Origin: Dudresnaya verticillata
Taxonomy: Eukaryota
NCBI GenBank assembly: GCA_977862235.1
Contig: OZ374558.1
Location: 2,852,001 to 2,916,000 of the forward strand
Reading direction: 5' to 3'
Length of the DNA: 64,000 bases
Both the position numbers and the translations under genes were made by a program. Position 1 is the first letter of the stretch, and every line of letters begins with the position of its first letter. Shown here one piece after another: positions 59,275 to 64,000 of this stretch. The notes under the pieces were generated by a model that saw only the letters and a program-made list of their open reading frames with translations, was not told the origin of the DNA and did not search any database.

Positions 59275-59835
59275 GTTCAACGTACGGACATGAACACAGC
59301 CAATATACGTTCTTAACACAGATTGAACAGTTCCAAGCTTGGGATTGACACGGATAGGTGTCGCTCGCAAGGTACCGGTGACCTCGAATCCGTCTCCAGG
59401 CTTGACGGCATGAACTAAGCTGCACCTGCAGCGAAATGTTGCAAATGATGAGATTGAAAGTTGCCGGTGTATCCCCCTTCGAATAGATTCAGGGACTTCC
59501 TGCAATCGCAAAATTCGCTTGTTTGAAAATCTGGAGAGTGGATGAGGGTGAACGAGTCCCTGATCAGGGTCAACGTCGACGTTGCACGAAGGGCACGCAA
59601 GTGCACTTGCGAGGCAGGAGCTGCTAGAGCTCCTCAATACGCCGGAATCAAATAGATACATCCTTCATGGCATGGAATTTGGTGCAGCGGTACATTGCTC
59701 GCTAGCGAGCATTCAGCTGAATGTCTGGAATCACATTGGAGGCGCGAAGGACCATTCCCCGAACATCAACCATAGTCCCAATCTGTGTCCTTCGGATTGA
59801 GATTCCTCATCGATTCAGATTGAAAGTTCTCCTGC
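59275..59835 (-). pseudogene. MCM4: MCM4 gene fragment (N-terminal/OB region)
   Basis: RTFNL, SMRNLNPKD, VDVRGMVLRASNVIPD, RFSNKRILRLQEVPESI, LVHAVKPGDGFEVTGTLRATPIRVNPKLGTVQSVLRTYI; frameshifted; no AAA+ domain. Confidence 0.85.
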
Positions 59836-60859
59836 AGGAGATTGAAGGTACGGACCCGCAAACCGCTTCGATTCTTCTGTTGCTCCTTGGATTTCTGCCC
59901 ACAATTTCCTTTGCGTCTTCAGGGAGCTCCAATCCGAAGACCTTTCCAACAACGGTTCGGCACTTGCGGTGAAGAGCAGCGACAAGCGCCAGCGCGGGGA
60001 AGATTTGGCGGCGCTCGGCGGCATCAGAGCGCTCTTTGCGCGTGGACGAACGAAGCGATGTGAACCGAAGCGGAAAACGAGAGACCTGTAGATTACAGAG
60101 CATGCTGCGCGATGAGTTGCCGGTGGTGTTCACCCGCGGATTGCCGGCATGCGGCCGCAGCGACAATAGCCCTGAAGTCGGAAAATTTCCGACTTTCGGG
60201 TTTTTACGAGGCGCGCTTTGCAAACTTCTTACAGTCCTCCCTCCATGCCGGAGGGCCACGCGCCCGACCATGACCACCCGGTCTGTTCCCATGGTACCCA
60301 TTTTTGCAAAACAGAAACACCTCGGATCCTGCTTCTTGGGCTGCGTTACGAACTGGCGTATGAAATTGAGTCAATGACGCTAGACGTCAATTTTAATGGC
60401 GGTGGGATTGCTATTGCATCCCCTATACAGGATGCAGGTATACCTAGGTATACCCACAAGTGCGCCGCGGCGCGCCGCGCGCGGTCCGGTGGCGGTGCCA
60501 GGGAGGATCTGAGGTTGAAAAAACGCGTTTGATAGCTCTCAGTGCGATTAGGTGCACGAGATCACAACTTTATAAAGCATTATCTACCTTAGTGCCTTAA
60601 AACTGCTGTCGCACCTCCACCCGGCACAATTTATGTACCGCAACAGTTCGACATGCGCTATCAGGCGCATCGCGATCCCAAAACAACGCAGCGGGGCACG
60701 CTTGCGCGAGCGTATGCGCGTATACGCAAAACACAATAAAGCATAGAAAATAGATAAGTTACTCACCAGTCAATACAAATTGAAACCCTCTGCTTACCTG
60801 TACGCATTGCTTTCTTGTAACGCCAAAGACTCCCCGACGAGCCCCAAAATATTGTTAGC

Positions 60860-62148
60860 TTAAGCTACCACGGCCGGTCGCTCCAGTCCCAAATCCTTCA
60901 CAATGGCGACCATTCGGTCTCTCAATTTGGATAGCGTCGCGGCTCTTTTCCTATCACTTCTTGTTCTCCTGCAACAGCTGATCTCAGCGGCATCCTCTTT
61001 CGCTAGGACATACCATTCCTCCGACTGCGTAACTATGCGAACCACTTCCTCGTAGCTCGTAGCTCTAGGATTTACATGCCTTCGAGCCATTTCTTCGTCA
61101 ATAGCAAAGTTGTGCAACTTCATTGCTAGACAAATAATTCTACAGTCCAAGTCAACAGTAAACTCAAGCCTTTGTAAGATCCTCCATTTCGCAACGAGCA
61201 TCCCAAATCCTTGTTCAACGTGCATGCGAAGCGACGAGTGCCAAAAGTTAAAAGCGTCTTCCCAGAACGTAGCCATAGCAGCAGCAAACGAAGTTATCAG
61301 CCATTCCGTACAAATGTAGGCTTCATCAGCAGCAATCCAGAACCCGATCTCAAGCAATCCGAACGACAAGAGATGTCCGAGTTTCGAAACGGCGTGCGCA
61401 AGAGAGTCGTGCGTACTGCCAACGCAGTTCGCAGAAAACGATAAAATAAGAAACGGTAGTTAGAATCAACAGTAGCCTGAACTGGAATGGCATAATAGGA
61501 CTTCCTGCACCAATATGCTGTGGGACTAAGGTCATTTTCCGGTTTCTTGATCTTGACGGCTATGCCATCTAGGGCCGCAACACAACCTGAAAGCGGGCTG
61601 GCCGGTTTTCGAGACATCTTGAATCCCTCTGAACATTCGTACAGAGCCTCCCTCGTAGTGGGTATACCTGGTAGTTCACGACAGCAGTTGAGTACAATAC
61701 AGCTGGAGTGAAACAACTTGTAGATTATAGCCCTGTGAACGTGATAAATAGGGATTAAGTCCAAATAGCTCGCACATGCCATCATTCGTAGAGTAATTCC
61801 TAAACGCATTGCCGGACTTATCGTAGTCCTCCTCGACCGTCTCCCCATTTCTACATTTCTCTGTAGATCATCTTTAACGACAGATAATAGTTTGTAGAAG
61901 CAGTTTCTACTCATCCGATATGCACACCGGAACATATCGTCAGAATAGAAAGAAGAGATAGACTCAAACGTCAAACAATCGCGCAGAGGATATGGTACAG
62001 ATGTTCTGTGCCTGCTTTTCCGAAGACTGGTGCTAACCTCGACGTGTTTCAATACACGGACACAAGTGGTTAATGCGCTAATGGTGACCAACAGTTTCTG
62101 CCATCTTCGGAGTCGGGCATGGGTCTGTAGATCTCGGACAGAAGCCAT
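60860..62148 (-). pseudogene. PIF/Harbinger DDE transposase (DDE_Tnp_4), frameshift near 61430
   Basis: YRMSRNCFYKL, RLGITLRMMA, GCVAALDG, YWCRKSYYAIPVQATVDSNYRF, IAADEAY, FNFWHSSLRMHVEQGFGMLVAKWRIL, KLHNF. Confidence 0.92.
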
Positions 62149-62508
62149 AAACGAGGTAGCAGGAATGAAAGAAGGTTAGAGGTTAGAGTTGTAGAGCGGT
62201 GAACAGATCGAGGTCTTGGGACTCTTGTCCCTTTTGCAGCTTGTCGCACCAAGTTTGTCGGCTGCAGATGGACGCTTGTGCGCATGGCGGCGCAGTAGGG
62301 CGTGTGTACTGCACTTTTTCTGCGATAGAAGCCATTCGGCCTGGATCAGAGGGGCATAACTTTACGCATCGGCGTACGCGTGCTTCTGCGAGCGGTGTAC
62401 GGCCTTGGTTGTCGGGCGAGTGTGGGGAACGTCTGACGACGTTCTTCGGCTGCATGACGGCGATACCCGCCGCCGGCAGGGGACTGGGGAGGTAAACTGT
62501 TTCGACCG

Positions 62509-62588
62509 CAAACCAATTCAAAAATGCAAACCTACTGTGTCGGAGTGGACAGTCGACTGCAAACAAATTCAAAAAATGCAAACCTACT
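62509..62588. repeat. Two-copy subterminal direct repeat in the Harbinger element
   Basis: CAAAC(C/A)AATTCAAAAA(A)TGCAAACCTACT twice, about 51 nt apart. Confidence 0.8.
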
Positions 62589-62862
62589 CTCAATCCGGAT
62601 CAGCTCGGCTGGAGCCGTTTAGGGAATAGTCGCATTACAGTAATGAGACTCCGGGAGGCACCGTGGCACCAGTTCTTTTTGTGAAGAAATTAATAAGGGG
62701 GGTGGGGTTACAGCGGATTTTGCTCTGCTGCGACTCGCCCTGATTTTTTACAGATGGGAGGTTTCCCCGCGTTGCAGTGGACTACGGTATACCACACCAA
62801 CAGAACTTGAACCACTGAATTTCCGTTAGCGCATAAACCTTGTAAATGTCCTTAGCACCAAC

Positions 62863-63060
62863 CTATGTACTTTCGAGGGCACGCTCCATCCGCAAGTTCC
62901 GGTAACGCAGCTTTTGAGCTGCAATAATTCCAGCATCACACTGCTGAAATTTAGACGTGTAGTTCGAAGGCAGCGAATAGATTCTGGTATTATACAGCTC
63001 TGGGATATTGCCTTTTTCCATGTGCACTGCAATTGTCTGACAACAGCCACACAGAGCGAC
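62863..63060 (-). pseudogene. pogo/Tigger (DDE_1) transposase fragment
   Basis: DNCSAH and LPSNYTSKFQQCDAGIIAAQKLRYR. Confidence 0.8.
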
Positions 63061-63259
63061 CAAGCGTCTTAAACATGAGGGAATCAAATCATTTCCGCCA
63101 TTGGAAGAAAAGCACTGTAGTCCTGAAACGATTCAGCATTCCCTTCCACTAGTCAATGGTCTTGACAATCTCAATGCAAGTTTCCATCAAAGTGCGATAG
63201 TTGTCTCAAGGGAAAGTCGACTCGCAAAGCGCGTTTTTGTGGCCACAGATGAAGACCAG

Positions 63260-63410
63260 AAGTGTACACACCCCATAAATCTTTTCCACTCTGATTTAGT
63301 TGCCCCCTCCCGTCGCCATTCCATCAGGGGTGCGCGGCATTTCGTGACTCTACTCGATGACCACAGTTCCTTGTCTCTCGTACGTTTCGTCTCCGGGAAG
63401 GGAAATGCCA
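63260..63410 (+). pseudogene. Copia integrase fragment
   Basis: PINLFHSDLVAP...SIRGARHFVTLLDDHS. Confidence 0.75.
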
Positions 63411-63559
63411 GCAAAACAGAAAGAAGAAATGCCACTACGGTGCACGACTTGGTCACATCAAGCCCGACTGTTTTGATAATCTAGAGAGCCCTTGCTACCG
63501 AACTCGCGATGCAAATGGAAAACCACAAGGACACTTGGTCAACTGGGCCACAACGCCGG

Positions 63560-64000
63560 CACACGGACGACGGTGAGTGCGCACAAATATAACACGTGTC
63601 CACGGAGTGTACACGTAGCCCACACGTGACTACCTACGCGCTGGTCGATCAGTCGCACCCAGACCCGTCGAAGGGTGGTAGCTGTGGTGGTAGAGCGGCG
63701 GTGTCGGCCGCGCGCGCCGTCGACGGTCGCGGATCAACGGCGTCGAAGCCTGAGCGCGCACGGGGCGTACCGTACGCGGGCGGCAGCGGCCGGATCCCTG
63801 CGTCCCCGTCGTGGGGCGGCACGAAGCCGACGGTAGGGAAAGGAAAAGGAAAGCCTAGGCGGCTAGGGAAAGAGGGAGGCCGTAGGGCGAAGGACTGGGA
63901 AAGAAACCCAAAGCAGAAAGGGGCAAGCCTGGCGTAGGCTGGCTTCCCTGGTTTACTGAAGCCCAGGAGGGCGACTACTAGATATACTACAGGGCCTGCA
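63560..64000 (-). repeat. LTR-like sequence running off the window end
   Basis: Minus strand: TATATCTA, GCCC/GGGC hairpin, CAGTAAACC, pyrimidine tract, GCTCTACCAC; same layout as the other LTRs. Confidence 0.5.

Larger units (their letters stand above)
55666..62740. mobile_element. PIF/Harbinger DNA transposon, 7075 bp, with internal host-gene fragments
   Basis: Imperfect TIRs GGCCCGGTCGCAACAGAGC (55666-55684) and GCTCTGCTGCGACTCGCCC (62722-62740), 15/19; TGA TSD on both sides; the flanks rejoin into the repeat seen uninterrupted at 43480-43605. Confidence 0.85.

Noticed and set aside
60416..60455. Hairpin GCATCC/GGATGC plus tandem GGTATACC palindromes as the end of a nested element
   Set aside because: No matching opposite terminus or TSD found within the Harbinger interior

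Overview
Eukaryotic, intron-poor genomic DNA. The gene families and transposon types suggest a multicellular red alga of the Gracilaria/Chondrus type; this is an inference, not a database result. Three zones. (1) 1-7.9 kb: a Copia-superfamily LTR retrotransposon. Its pol is split by a 1.1-kb solo LTR (TSD AGGAG) and its 3' LTR by a second solo LTR (TSD TGTGA). A double zinc-finger ORF lies upstream. (2) 9-38 kb: host genes. These are a 1366-aa protein joining an MLKL-like N-terminal helical bundle, an intact kinase and a WD40 propeller; a secreted protein with three 10-Cys repeats; a convergent pair of paralogous membrane proteins; another secreted protein; a Pro-rich protein; and two recently duplicated Ser/Thr kinases flanking an IWS1-like pseudogene. 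(3) 39-64 kb: nested decayed elements. These are two tyrosine-recombinase (DIRS/PAT-like) elements whose recombinase is transcribed divergently, nested solo LTRs, an LTR element with a probable tRNA-Tyr PBS, a 7.1-kb PIF/Harbinger element (TIRs, TGA TSD) containing SRP68 and MCM4 gene fragments, and pogo and Copia scraps. Best candidates for novelty: the MLKL-like/kinase/WD40 protein, the gene-carrying Harbinger, and a periodic CCGTC-N3-GACGT array in one LTR family. All domain calls come from motif recognition by eye.
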